This document shows positions 35,755-45,980 of a stretch of 64,000 nt of DNA, piece after piece. The translations under genes were made by a program, and so were the position numbers. The notes under the pieces were generated by a model that worked only from the letters and a program-made list of their open reading frames with translations, ran no database searches and was not told the origin of the DNA. The stretch lies in NCBI GenBank assembly GCA_029202845.1, contig CP119315.1, positions 2,005,759 to 2,069,758 of the forward strand. Direction: 5' to 3'. Every line of letters starts with the position of its first letter. The stretch's first letter is position 1. Source of the DNA: Candidatus Sphingomonas colombiensis (GTDB lineage: Bacteria > Pseudomonadota > Alphaproteobacteria > Sphingomonadales > Sphingomonadaceae).

Positions 35755-36582
35755 TCAATCTTGTGGCGATCCGCGATCATCTTGCCCGTCAGCTTGCGGC
35801 GGGGGGCGATGGAAGGAGCCGCCGTGGTGTCCACCGCGCCTGCCGCCGCCGAAACCGCCCCGAACGCGCGTGTTGATCGCCGGCAGCTCGCCCGGCGTTA
35901 GAAAGCCGTCGCCATTGCGATCGAGCAACGCGAAACGCTGATCGGCGGCTTGCATGAATTCATTGGCGTCGACGCCGCGATTGAAATTGGTGTCGGCGGC
36001 CGTCACCGGCTCGGGTAGCGCGATATAGCTCCAGCGGGCGGCGCCCTGTAGCTGCTCGCGCGCGGCCTGCGATGAAGAGCCAGAGCTTTGCCCGCTACTA
36101 TCGCCGCCGCCGCCGCCTCGTCCGCCGCCGCCAAATCCGCCGCCGCCACGGCCTCCCCCGCCGCGTCCGCCGCCATGGCCGCCGCCGCCGTGCCCGCCCG
36201 ATGGCGCGGCACTGTGCGTGGGGCCCGCCGCATCGCGCACGCGAATTTCGGGCACCATCTCGGTTTCGTAGAATTCGATTTCATCGGGCGCGATCTCGCC
36301 ATCGCCGTTGCGATCGAGCACATGGAAAAAGCGCATCGCGTCGGCGCGGAATTCCGCGCGGTCGATCCGGCCGTCATGATTGGTATCCGCCCCGGCGAAC
36401 CACGCCTTTTCGGGATGCTCGACGCGGAACGGCTCGCCCATCGGGCTGATGAACAGATAGTGCGCCTGTTCCTCGCCCTGTGGGCCGTGACGGGGCGGCC
36501 CGCCGTGATGCGGTGGGGGTGGGCGGTCGGTCGCGCATGCGCCGAGCAGCAAAGTAGCGGTCAGGATGGAAAATCGGAACAC
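35755..36582 (-). CDS. EF-hand lipoprotein with RGG-rich linker
   Basis: Lipobox LLGAC and four EF-hand loops (DTNHDGRID, DRNGDGEIA, DTNFNRGVD, DRNGDGFLT). Confidence 0.82.
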   Translation of the reverse strand: MFRFSILTATLLLGACATDRPPPPHHGGPPRHGPQGEEQAHYLFISPMGEPFRVEHPEKAWFAGADTNHDGRIDRAEFRADAMRFFHVLDRNGDGEIAPDEIEFYETEMVPEIRVRDAAGPTHSAAPSGGHGGGGHGGGRGGGGRGGGGFGGGGRGGGGGDSSGQSSGSSSQAAREQLQGAARWSYIALPEPVTAADTNFNRGVDANEFMQAADQRFALLDRNGDGFLTPGELPAINTRVRGGFGGGRRGGHHGGSFHRPPPQADGQDDRGSPQD

Positions 36583-36768
36583 GCGGCACCCCCGGTTGCG
36601 GTTGTCACCACGCTTTCGGGAACGATCGTCTCGAAGATATTACAGGATTGAAACGATTGTCGGCGGGGTGAAATGTGTCGGGCCTCCCGAACCGGAGCGC
36701 CCTTGCGCGGCCGGGGCATTTGCGGGGATAGCGGCGCGCGAAACCACCGCCTTTTCCCCGGAGCGCCC

Positions 36769-37803
36769 GTGCCGACCGCTTACGACCTGATCCGCCCCGC
36801 CATTTTCCAGCTCGATCCCGAAAACGCGCACCGGCTGACGATCGCGGCGCTGCGCCTGATGCCGCGCATCGCCGCGCCGGGGGTGGACGAGGCGCTGGCG
36901 GTGGAGGTCGCCGGACTGCGCTTTCCCAATCCGCTCGGCATGGCGGCGGGGTTCGACAAGGATGCGGAAGTGGCGGACGCGCTGCTCGCGCTCGGCTTCG
37001 GCTTTGCTGAGGTGGGGACGATCACGCCGTTGCCGCAACCAGGCAACCCGCGCCCGCGCCTGTTCCGGCTGACCGAGGATCGCGCGGTGATCAACCGCTT
37101 CGGCTTCAACAGCAAGGGCGGAGAGGCGGCGGCGAAGCGGCTCGCGGCGCGCGCGGGGCGGCCGGGGATCGTTGGCGTCAATATCGGCGCGAACAAGGAT
37201 GCCGCCGATCGCATCGCCGATTATGTGACGATGGCGCGGTTGATGGCGCCTTATGCGAGCTATCTCACGCTCAACATCTCCAGCCCGAACACGCCGGGGT
37301 TGCGCGCGTTGCAGGATGTCGGGGCGCTCCATGATCTGCTCGATCGCGTGCTGGCGGCGATCGCGGATACGCCCGTCCCGGTGTTCCTGAAGGTCGCGCC
37401 CGATCTCCAGCCGGCCGATGTGGACGCGATCGCGCGCGCCGCACTCGACCGGCGGCTAGGCGCGCTGATGGTGAGCAACACGACGATTACCCGGCCGCCG
37501 CTCCGCTCGACGCATGCGGGGGAGGGGGGCGGCCTGTCCGGTGAGCCGTTGCGGCTGCTGGCGCTGGAGCGGCTGCGCGACTTCCGCACGGCGACGGGCG
37601 GCAAGTTGCCGCTGGTGGCGATCGGCGGCATCGCCACCGCCGACCATGCGTGGGAGAGCATCCGCGCGGGGGCGAGCCTCGTCCAGCTCTATAGTGCGAT
37701 GGTGTATGAAGGGCCGGGCATTGCGCGCCGCATCGTGCGCGGGCTGGCGGAACGCGTGCGGCGCGAGGGGCTGCGGTCGATTGGGGAAGTGGTGGGGGTG
37801 TAG
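36769..37803 (+). CDS. pyrD: Quinone-dependent dihydroorotate dehydrogenase
   Basis: AAGFDK, INRFGFNS, NISSPNTPG, KVAPD, SNTT, GGLSG. Confidence 0.95.
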   Translation: MPTAYDLIRPAIFQLDPENAHRLTIAALRLMPRIAAPGVDEALAVEVAGLRFPNPLGMAAGFDKDAEVADALLALGFGFAEVGTITPLPQPGNPRPRLFRLTEDRAVINRFGFNSKGGEAAAKRLAARAGRPGIVGVNIGANKDAADRIADYVTMARLMAPYASYLTLNISSPNTPGLRALQDVGALHDLLDRVLAAIADTPVPVFLKVAPDLQPADVDAIARAALDRRLGALMVSNTTITRPPLRSTHAGEGGGLSGEPLRLLALERLRDFRTATGGKLPLVAIGGIATADHAWESIRAGASLVQLYSAMVYEGPGIARRIVRGLAERVRREGLRSIGEVVGV

Positions 37804-37882
37804 CGGCGGGTGGCAGCCGTTTCTAACTGGCTTGACGTTTTTCAAGAGCCGCCGTTAGATTGATGCGGAGCGGGAAGCGGGA

Positions 37883-38299
37883 GTGGTAATGTTTCGAAAA
37901 GTATGTGCGTTCTTGATAGCGCCCATGCCAGTCGCGGCATTCCAGTCCGTCGTTGTCTCGCTATGGCCAAAACATGGAATGGGTATCTTCGAACACCCAT
38001 CCTCTATGTTCGTAGCGCTGTGTTTAATCTTCTATTTCTTTGGTCTGATGGTGGGCGCGCCGCTCTGGCTTTTAGTTATTAGAAGACAGCTTGCAACATG
38101 GCCGAGATATGCGTTCTATGGTTCAGTAGTAACCGCCCCATTGGTTGTTTCTTGCATCTGGGTGGGCTTCCACGGAAAACTCGCGCTTTTCGCTATCGTC
38201 TACGACACACTTCTTTTTGGCGTGGGTGGAGCCGTTGCGGGAGCAACATACTGGCTTGTTCGCCGCCCCGATCAATCAAGAGGCGCCTTGGCTCGCTAA
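37883..38299 (+). CDS. Hypothetical membrane protein, visibly lower GC than its flanks
   Basis: 138 aa with four hydrophobic segments and many A/T-ending codons. Confidence 0.65.
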   Translation: MVMFRKVCAFLIAPMPVAAFQSVVVSLWPKHGMGIFEHPSSMFVALCLIFYFFGLMVGAPLWLLVIRRQLATWPRYAFYGSVVTAPLVVSCIWVGFHGKLALFAIVYDTLLFGVGGAVAGATYWLVRRPDQSRGALAR

Positions 38300-38416
38300 A
38301 CCGCTCAGCCCGAGCGGCAGAAGCACACCATCGTTAGGTGCTGACGTGATCCCTTAATCCGTCATTCCACCTTCCACCCAATAGTCGCGATAATTTCACG
38401 CCTGTCCGGCGTCCGC

Positions 38417-39526
38417 TTACCCGGGGCGCCTCGGCGAGCCCTTGGTCCCCACCATTCGCTCCCCGTCGATAACGATCGGCCCGGCCACGCCGGGCAGGCC
38501 ATCGAGCGACAATCGCATCCCGCGCGCGATCACCTGTGGGTCGGCGAATACTTCGTCGACATTGTTGATCGGTCCCGCCGGTACGCCGGCCGCTTCAAGC
38601 GCATCGGCTAGCTCCGCCTTGTGCCAGTCGAGGATGGTGCGGGTCAGGATCGGGATCAGCGCATCGCGGTTCGCCAGCCGCGCGGGGTTGGTGGCGAAGC
38701 GCGGATCGTCCGCCAGCGGGAGGTTCAGCACCGCGCAGAGCTTCGCGAACTGCGAATCATTGCCCACCGCGATGATCAGCTCGCCATCGGCGCAGGCGAA
38801 CGCCTGATAGGGGGTGAGGTTGGCGTGGCCGTTGCCCATGCGGTGCGGCACCTTGCCGCTCGCCATCCAGTTGAGCGCCTGATTGGCCAGCACCGCCACC
38901 TGCGTGTCGAGCAGCGCCATGTCGATATGCGCGCCTTCGCCGCTCATGTCGCGGCGGCGCAACGCGGCGAGGATGGCGACCGCCGAATAGACGCCGGTGA
39001 AGATGTCCGCATAGGCGAGGCCGGTCTTTTGCGGCGCGCCGTCCGGCTCGCCCGTCAGCGACATGATGCCGCCCATGCCCTGAATGATGAAGTCATATCC
39101 CGCGCGATGGGCATAAGGCCCGGTCTGCCCGAAGCCGGTGATCGAGCAGACGATCAGCTTCGGATTGGCGGCGCGCAAAGTGGCCGCGTCGAGACCGTAT
39201 TTGACGAGGCCGCCGACCTTGTAATTCTCGATCACCACATCGGCATCGGCGATCAGCCGCTTCACCGCCGCTTGCCCTTCCGGGGTGGCGATATCGATCG
39301 CGACGCTGGTCTTCCCGCGATTGGTGGAATGGTAATAAGCCGCGTCGAGCGAATTGCCGTCGGCGTCATGAAGGAACGGTGGCCCCCAGTGGCGAGTGTC
39401 GTCGCCGGGGCCGGGGCGCTCGACCTTCGTCACCTCCGCACCGAGATCGGCGAGCAACTGTCCGCACCACGGGCCGGCGAGAATCCGCGCGAGTTCCACA
39501 ACGCGAATACCTTCCAGCGGCTTCAT
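38417..39526 (-). CDS. CaiB/BaiF family CoA transferase
   Basis: RVVELARILAGP, KVERPGPGDDTR, NRGKTS, DVVIENY, RAGYD. Confidence 0.93.
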   Translation of the reverse strand: MKPLEGIRVVELARILAGPWCGQLLADLGAEVTKVERPGPGDDTRHWGPPFLHDADGNSLDAAYYHSTNRGKTSVAIDIATPEGQAAVKRLIADADVVIENYKVGGLVKYGLDAATLRAANPKLIVCSITGFGQTGPYAHRAGYDFIIQGMGGIMSLTGEPDGAPQKTGLAYADIFTGVYSAVAILAALRRRDMSGEGAHIDMALLDTQVAVLANQALNWMASGKVPHRMGNGHANLTPYQAFACADGELIIAVGNDSQFAKLCAVLNLPLADDPRFATNPARLANRDALIPILTRTILDWHKAELADALEAAGVPAGPINNVDEVFADPQVIARGMRLSLDGLPGVAGPIVIDGERMVGTKGSPRRPG

Positions 39527-39654
39527 GCACGGCTCCCCTGTCCAATCATTGGGACGATTGACTAGGCGGGATGGCGCGGGCTTACCAGCCCGGCGGAGCG
39601 GAACATTCATCGCCGTCCGCGCGTCTCGCTGGCTGGCGATATCGGGGGAAGTTC

Positions 39655-40368
39655 ATGCGGATTGCGATGGGATTGGCGCTTACGGTGAGCGTGGCGACGG
39701 GCGCGCTGGCGCAATCCGGCGGCGCGGCGCAGGATTACAAATTTCTCTACGGCTACCCACCGGCGGCGGCGCGGATCCCGGCACTGCGCACCTGGCTGGA
39801 GGCGGATAGTACGAAGCTGCGTGCCGCCACGGCGCGCGACGCGGCGGAAGCGCGGCGGCAAGCGCGCAAGAGCGGCTTCCCCTATCGCAAATATGAGACG
39901 CAGAAGACCTGGCAGCTGGTGACGAACACGCAGCGCTTCATAAGCCTGTCGGGCAAATTCTATAGCTATACCGGCGGCGCGCACGGCAATTCCGGATCGC
40001 TGGGGATGTTGTGGGACAAAGCGACTGGTCGCCGGTTGGAGCCGAAGCAGGTGTTCACTTCGATCGCCGCATTGCACGCCGCCGTGACGGCGCCATTCTG
40101 TGCGGCGCTGAATAGCGAGCGGACCAGCAGACGCGGCGCGGCGCCGTCGGGCGATGGGACGTTCGACAAATGCCCGAATGTCGATGAACTCACCTTGCTG
40201 CTGGGTTCGTCGAATGGCAGCCGGATCAATCGCATCGGGCTGATTGCCGATCCCTATGTCGCCGGGCCCTATGCCGAGGGCAGTTATGAGGTGACGCTGC
40301 CGGTGACGCCGGTGCTGCTCAATGCAGTGAAACCGGCATATCGCGCGGCATTCGAGATCGGGCGATAA
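39655..40368 (+). CDS. DUF3298/DUF4163 (PdaC-like) exported protein
   Basis: Signal peptide, YSYTGGAHGN, PYVAGPYAEG. Confidence 0.8.
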   Translation: MRIAMGLALTVSVATGALAQSGGAAQDYKFLYGYPPAAARIPALRTWLEADSTKLRAATARDAAEARRQARKSGFPYRKYETQKTWQLVTNTQRFISLSGKFYSYTGGAHGNSGSLGMLWDKATGRRLEPKQVFTSIAALHAAVTAPFCAALNSERTSRRGAAPSGDGTFDKCPNVDELTLLLGSSNGSRINRIGLIADPYVAGPYAEGSYEVTLPVTPVLLNAVKPAYRAAFEIGR

Positions 40369-40413
40369 CCGCGCACCGTTTCCAATTTTCGCGGACCGAC
40401 TTACGCCGGAGAA

Positions 40414-41817
40414 ATGGAGCGCGATTCGCAGCCGTCGGCTTTTCCCGCAACGCGCGTGGCGGCGGCGCTGGTGCCGCTGTTTATCGCCTGTGCGGGGACG
40501 CTCGCTTACTGGCCCGGCCTCGTCACCTGGGATTCGCTGCGCCAATATGATCAGGCGCTGAGCGGCGATTTCGATGACTGGCATCCGCCGGCGATGGAAT
40601 GGGTGTGGCGGCAATTGCTGCCGCTCGCGCACGGCCCGGCCCCGATGCTGGTGCTGCAACTCGGGCTCTATGCGCTGGGCTTCACGCTGCTGATTCTCGC
40701 GGCGGTGCGGGCCGGATGGGGGCGCCGTGCGCTCGCTATCGGCTGCGTCGCGCTGTTGCCGCTATCGGCCGCGCTGATGGCGACGATCATCAAGGACAGC
40801 CTGATGACCGGCGCATTGCTGGCGGCGGCGGGGCTATGCGCGATCGCCGATCAGCGCGCGACGGGGAAAGGGGCGATGCGGCTGGCCGCGCTCGCGCTGC
40901 TGCTGTTTGCCTCCATGCTGCGCTTCAATGCCGTATTCGCGACGCTGCCGCTCGCGCTGTGGACTCTGCCCGAAGCGTGGCGGGGGCGGCCGATACGGAT
41001 GGCGGGAAGCGCGGTGCTGCTGCTCGCGCTGCTGGCGGCGGCGATGCCCCTCGCCAACCGGCTGACGGCGGCCAAGCCGAGCGGGGTGGAGATGTCGCTG
41101 ATCATCTTCGATCTTGGTGGCATCACCTATCATTCGGGTGAGGATCAATTCCCGGCGCTGCGGGTGAAGGACGCGGTGGCGGTCAACCGGCATTGCTACA
41201 CGCCCGTAAAATGGGACAGCTATGCCTGGTGGGTCGATGAGCCGTGCCCGATCGGCTTCGAACGGGTGCGCCGCGCCTTCGCCGCGCAACATATCGAGCC
41301 GCACCTGTTCTGGTTGCGCGCGATCCTGCGTCACCCGATCGCTTATGCCGAGCACCGGCTGGCGCATTGGAACGTCGAGACGCGCTTCCTGGCGCTCGAT
41401 TCGGTCGATCGGCCGGTGCAGGTCACGGCACCGCCCAACGAATGGGGTTTTGCCGTAACCCCCAACGCGATCGTGCGCGCGGTCGATCGGCTGGCGTGCC
41501 TGAGCGCAGAGACGCCGCTTGGCTGGCCGTGCGTGTGGATCGCGGCGATGATCGGGCTGTTGTGGGCCGGGGGTTCGGGATTTCCGACGCGAGTACTGGC
41601 GTGGTCGGCGCTGCTGTACGGGCTAGGTTATGCGCCGCTCGGCGTGGCGGCGGAGCTGCGATACTATCTGTGGACGATGATCGCCGGGGCGCTCGCGCTG
41701 GTGCTGGCGGTGGGGGACTGGCGCGGCGCTGCGTCGCGCGGGATGTGGGCGCGCCTCGTTGCGCCACCGATGGTGGTGGCGATCGTCGCGATCGGGTTTC
41801 GGGCGATCAACGGTTAG
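40414..41817 (+). CDS. Polytopic membrane protein, GT-C glycosyltransferase-like
   Basis: First loop DSLRQYDQALSGDFDDWHPP, many TM helices, IIKD, ELRYY. Confidence 0.65.
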   Translation: MERDSQPSAFPATRVAAALVPLFIACAGTLAYWPGLVTWDSLRQYDQALSGDFDDWHPPAMEWVWRQLLPLAHGPAPMLVLQLGLYALGFTLLILAAVRAGWGRRALAIGCVALLPLSAALMATIIKDSLMTGALLAAAGLCAIADQRATGKGAMRLAALALLLFASMLRFNAVFATLPLALWTLPEAWRGRPIRMAGSAVLLLALLAAAMPLANRLTAAKPSGVEMSLIIFDLGGITYHSGEDQFPALRVKDAVAVNRHCYTPVKWDSYAWWVDEPCPIGFERVRRAFAAQHIEPHLFWLRAILRHPIAYAEHRLAHWNVETRFLALDSVDRPVQVTAPPNEWGFAVTPNAIVRAVDRLACLSAETPLGWPCVWIAAMIGLLWAGGSGFPTRVLAWSALLYGLGYAPLGVAAELRYYLWTMIAGALALVLAVGDWRGAASRGMWARLVAPPMVVAIVAIGFRAING

Positions 41818-41976
41818 GCGCGCGCGAACTTAGGGCTTGCGACGGATGTAGGAGATAATCTGCAGAGGCCCGACGCGGGAGTGAATCCCGCGTCGTCGGG
41901 CAGGTTCGCTGCGCGACCTGCCGGCCGGGCCTGGCGGTCTAACGGATAGCGTGGCTATCCGCGTGCCGCCTGCGCC

Positions 41977-42513
41977 TTACTTGCTGCGTTCGACCTGTTC
42001 GAAATCCAGCTCGACCGGGGTGGCGCGGCCGAAGATCGACACGGAGACCTTGACCTTCGACTTGTCGAAATCGAGCTCTTCGACGGTGCCGTTGAAGCTC
42101 GCGAACGGGCCGTCGAGCACCTTCACCGAATCGCCGATCTCGTAATCGATCTTCACCGAATGCTTCGGTGCGGCGGCGGCCTCGTCCTTCGAATTGAGCA
42201 TCCGCGCGGCTTCTGCGTCACTGATCGCCTGCGGCTTGCCCGACGAACCGAGGAAGCCGGTCACGCGTGGCGTGTTCTTCACCAGGTGATAGACGTCGTC
42301 GTTCATGCTGAGCTTGGCCAGCACGTAGCCGGGCATGAACTTGCGCTCGACCGCCACCTTCTTGCCGCGACGCGCCTCGGTCACGGTTTCGGTCGGCACC
42401 TCGATCTGCTCCACGAGCTGCTCGAGGCCGAGGCGCGCGGCCTCGGTCAGGATCGTATCGCGGACCTTGCCCTCGAAACCGGAATAAGCGTGGATGATGT
42501 ACCAGCGCGCCAT
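41977..42513 (-). CDS. nusG: Transcription termination/antitermination protein NusG
   Basis: WYIIHAYSGFE, FMPGYV, KOW GDSVKVLDGPFASF, FGRATPVEL. Confidence 0.97.
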   Translation of the reverse strand: MARWYIIHAYSGFEGKVRDTILTEAARLGLEQLVEQIEVPTETVTEARRGKKVAVERKFMPGYVLAKLSMNDDVYHLVKNTPRVTGFLGSSGKPQAISDAEAARMLNSKDEAAAAPKHSVKIDYEIGDSVKVLDGPFASFNGTVEELDFDKSKVKVSVSIFGRATPVELDFEQVERSK

Positions 42514-42532
42514 GTGCGTGAAACCTTGTCCC

Positions 42533-42730
42533 TTACTTCGCGAGGCTCAACAGGCCCTTCACGAGCTGATCGAAAAGCGTATCGACGCCCAGGAAGAACA
42601 GCGCGAGGAGCGTCGTCATGATCAGGACCATTACCGCGGTCATGATCGTTTCGCGCCGTGTCGGCCAGACAACCTTGCGCGTCTCGGCCTGAACCTGACG
42701 GATGAATTCGATCGGGGACGTCTTCGCCAC
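42533..42730 (-). CDS. secE: Preprotein translocase subunit SecE
   Basis: EFIRQVQAETRKVVWPTRRET plus TM helix; upstream of nusG. Confidence 0.95.
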   Translation of the reverse strand: MAKTSPIEFIRQVQAETRKVVWPTRRETIMTAVMVLIMTTLLALFFLGVDTLFDQLVKGLLSLAK

Positions 42731-42948
42731 TGTGCGTGCCTTCGCAAACGTGCCGAGCGAGGCATAAGACCGCCACCGCTTCCCTTTCATCAGGGAAACG
42801 GCGAAAGCCCGTCCTCGCTGTCGGATGGGTTGCGGAAATAGCGTCGCCTTCGCCCGAAGGCAAGGGGCACGCGCGAGCATCCGTCATAACCCGCGCGATC
42901 CCGCAAGCGGCTTGCGCTGGCGGGCGCTTCCGATCATCGTTGCCCGTG

Positions 42949-44538
42949 ATGGCGACCCTCGCAGCCAATTCCTATCCGCCGCCCCTGCTCGATGCCGCGC
43001 TGGCGCTGCACGACGGGCAGCTTCACATCGCGGAGCCGCTGCTCAAGCAATATCTGAAGCGCGATCCGTTCGATGCGCGGGCGATCCGCATGTTGGCGGA
43101 GCTGGCGGGGCGGATCGGGCGCAATCGCGATGCGGAGAATCTGCTGCGCCGCGCGCTGGAGCTGGCGCCGGCATTTACCGCGGCGCGCGCCAATCTGGCG
43201 TTGGTGCTCTATCGCCAGAATCGCGCGCCTGAGGCGCTGGCGGAACTCGACGAGCTGCTCGCGACCGAGCCGGATCATGTCGGCCATGCCAATCTGAAGG
43301 CGGCGGCGCTGGGGCGGCTCGGCGGGTTCGAGGAAGCGATCGCGCTGTACGAAGGCGTGTTGGCCGCTGCGCCACAGCAGCCAAAAGTCTGGATGAGCTA
43401 CGGCCATATGCTCAAGACGGTCGGGCGGCAGGCGGATGGCGTCGCCGCCTATCGTCGTGCGATCGCGCTTCAGCCAACGCTTGGCGAGGCGTGGTGGAGC
43501 CTCGCCAACCTGAAGACGGTGCGGTTCGACGATGCGGATATCGCCGCGATGGAGGCGGGGAGGGGCACGCAGGGTCTTGCGGAGGACGACGCCCTCCACC
43601 TCGATTTCGCGCTGGGCAAGGCGCTGGAGGATCGCGGGCAGGCGGATCGGGCGTTCGCGCATTACGCGGCCGGCAATGCCGCGCGGCGCGGGCAATTGGG
43701 CTATGACGCCTCGGTGATCGCGGGGCGGGTGGATGCCTCGATCGAATTGCTGACGCCGGCCTTTTTCGCTGAACGCGCCGGCTGGGGCTGCCCGGCGCCG
43801 GACCCGATCTTCATCCTGGGCATGCCGCGCGCGGGATCGACCCTGATCGAGCAGATATTGTCGAGCCACAGCGCCGTGGAGGGGACGACCGAGCTTCCCG
43901 ATCTTCCCGCGATGGTGCGGCGCGTGGCGGATTATCCGCATGGGCTTGCCAGCCTTACGCGCAAAGAGGCAGCCGAACTTGGCGAGGAATATCTGCGCCG
44001 GGCGGCGGTGCAGCGGCGCACCGGGCGACCGTTTTTCATCGACAAGCTGCCGAACAACTGGCTCCACGTGCCGCTGATTCGGCTGATCCTGCCCAACGCG
44101 CGGATCATCGATGCGAGGCGCGATCCGCGTGCGTGCTGCTTCTCCAATTTCAAGCAGCATTTCGCGCGGGGCCAGTCGTTCAGCTACGCGCTAGACGACA
44201 TGGGGCGCTATTATCGCGACTACGTGCGGTTGATGGCCCATCTCGATGCGGTGCAGCCGGGGCAGGTCCATCGCGTGATCCATGAGCACCTGGTCGAGGC
44301 GCCGGAAGCGGGGATTCGCGGCCTGCTCGATCAACTTGATCTGCCGTTCGAGACGGCCTGTCTGTCGTTCCACGAGACTGAGCGCGCCGTCCGCACCGCC
44401 AGCTCTGAGCAGGTGCGCCAGCCGATGTTCCGTGGCGGTGATACCGCGTGGCAACCCTTCGCCGCGCATCTCGCGTCGCTCTATGCCGCGTTGGGCGACG
44501 TGATCGCCCGCTATCCCGAAGCGCCCGCCTTTTCATGA
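42949..44538 (+). CDS. TPR-containing sulfotransferase (Sulfotransfer_3-type)
   Basis: N-terminal TPRs; FILGMPRAGSTLIEQIL PAPS loop, IDKLPNN, RDPR, RTAS. Confidence 0.88.
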   Translation: MATLAANSYPPPLLDAALALHDGQLHIAEPLLKQYLKRDPFDARAIRMLAELAGRIGRNRDAENLLRRALELAPAFTAARANLALVLYRQNRAPEALAELDELLATEPDHVGHANLKAAALGRLGGFEEAIALYEGVLAAAPQQPKVWMSYGHMLKTVGRQADGVAAYRRAIALQPTLGEAWWSLANLKTVRFDDADIAAMEAGRGTQGLAEDDALHLDFALGKALEDRGQADRAFAHYAAGNAARRGQLGYDASVIAGRVDASIELLTPAFFAERAGWGCPAPDPIFILGMPRAGSTLIEQILSSHSAVEGTTELPDLPAMVRRVADYPHGLASLTRKEAAELGEEYLRRAAVQRRTGRPFFIDKLPNNWLHVPLIRLILPNARIIDARRDPRACCFSNFKQHFARGQSFSYALDDMGRYYRDYVRLMAHLDAVQPGQVHRVIHEHLVEAPEAGIRGLLDQLDLPFETACLSFHETERAVRTASSEQVRQPMFRGGDTAWQPFAAHLASLYAALGDVIARYPEAPAFS

Positions 44539-45824
44539 GCGAAGCGCCGGCACTCGAGGTCGGCAAATCGCGATGGAGCGAGATACTCCACCATCCGCTC
44601 GGTCAGCTCGGGCCGGGGCTGATCACTGGGGTGGCGGACGACGATCCGAGCGGAATCGCGACCTATGCCCAGGCCGGCGCGCAATATGGCTTCGACATGT
44701 TGTGGACAATGCCGGTCGCCTATCCGCTGATGTCGGCGGTGCAGGTGATGTGCGCCCGGCTCGGGCGCGTGACGGGCAAGGGGCTTTCGGCCAATATCAA
44801 GACGGCCTTTTCCCCGCGCTTGCTGCGCGTGCTGGTCGCACTGCTGCTGATCGCCAATATGCTCAACATCGCGGCGGACGTCGCCGCGATGGGCGAGGCG
44901 GCGGAGCTGGTGACGGGGATCGGGCGGCGCTGGATGACGGTGGCGTTCGTGATCGCGACGCTCGGGCTGCAGGTGTTCGTCCCCTATCATCGCTACGTCA
45001 AATTTCTGAAATGGCTGACGATTTCACTTCTCGCCTATGCGGCGGTGCTGTTCACGGTGCATGTGCCATGGGGTGAAGTGCTGGCGCATACGATATGGCC
45101 ACGGTTTCGGCTGGACAGCGATGCGGCGACGATGGTCGTCGCCGTATTCGGGACGACGATCAGCCCATATCTGTTCTTCTGGCAGGCATCCGAGGAGGTG
45201 GAGGATCTGCGCGGCGCGCCGGGCCTGATCGACGCCCCGGCGGACGCATCGGCCGAATTGTCGCGCATCTCCTGGGATACGTGGAGCGGGATGGCTTATT
45301 CCGATCTCACCGCCTTTTTCATCGCGCTGGCGACGGCCGTGACGCTCCATGCCGGCGGGGTCACCACCATCGAAACCGCGGCACAGGCGGCGAGCGCGCT
45401 CCGGCCGATCGCCGGCGATTTCGCCTTTCTGCTGTTCGCGCTGGGCATCCTGGGGGTGGGGATGATCGGGGTGCCGGTGCTGGCGGGATCGGCCGCTTAT
45501 GCAGCGGCGGAGGCAATGGGCTGGAAGAACGGGCTGGAGCGCAAGGCAACTGATGCGCGGGGCTTTTATGCGGTGATCGCGGTGTGTGTGCTCGCCGCGC
45601 TGGTGATCCAGTTTTCACCGATCAACCCAATGCGGGCGCTGTTCTGGAGCGCGGTGATCAACGGCGTCGTCGCGGTGCCGCTGATGATCGTGCTGCTGCT
45701 GCTCGTATCGCGGAAAAGCGTGATGGGGGCGTTTGTCGCGCCGCGCGCGATTCGCTGGCTCGGCTGGGGCGCCACGCTGTTGATGGGGGCGGCGTCGATA
45801 ATGATGATCGGCGCGATGTTCTGA
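44535..45824 (+). CDS. NRAMP-like divalent metal cation transporter
   Basis: GPGLITGVADDDPSGIATY, GTTISPYLFFWQ; about 11 TM helices. Confidence 0.88.
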   Translation: MSEAPALEVGKSRWSEILHHPLGQLGPGLITGVADDDPSGIATYAQAGAQYGFDMLWTMPVAYPLMSAVQVMCARLGRVTGKGLSANIKTAFSPRLLRVLVALLLIANMLNIAADVAAMGEAAELVTGIGRRWMTVAFVIATLGLQVFVPYHRYVKFLKWLTISLLAYAAVLFTVHVPWGEVLAHTIWPRFRLDSDAATMVVAVFGTTISPYLFFWQASEEVEDLRGAPGLIDAPADASAELSRISWDTWSGMAYSDLTAFFIALATAVTLHAGGVTTIETAAQAASALRPIAGDFAFLLFALGILGVGMIGVPVLAGSAAYAAAEAMGWKNGLERKATDARGFYAVIAVCVLAALVIQFSPINPMRALFWSAVINGVVAVPLMIVLLLLVSRKSVMGAFVAPRAIRWLGWGATLLMGAASIMMIGAMF

Positions 45825-45980
45825 TCTTCGCGGACGAACGCTGAGCAGTATTGGGCGAGTGATGCACGTTGCAAATCTGCCACGCTTTCGGGCCATTGTC
45901 GTTTTTAATGGAAAGTCTTGATTGACGGGTGCGCCGCGCCGCAACATTCTTGCAACAAAATGATCATTCGGGGGGCATGG

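Noticed and set aside
42855-42875. aaggcaaggggcac upstream of secE as a second att remnant
   Set aside because: Match to the tRNA-Trp 3' end is too short and gapped to distinguish from chance.
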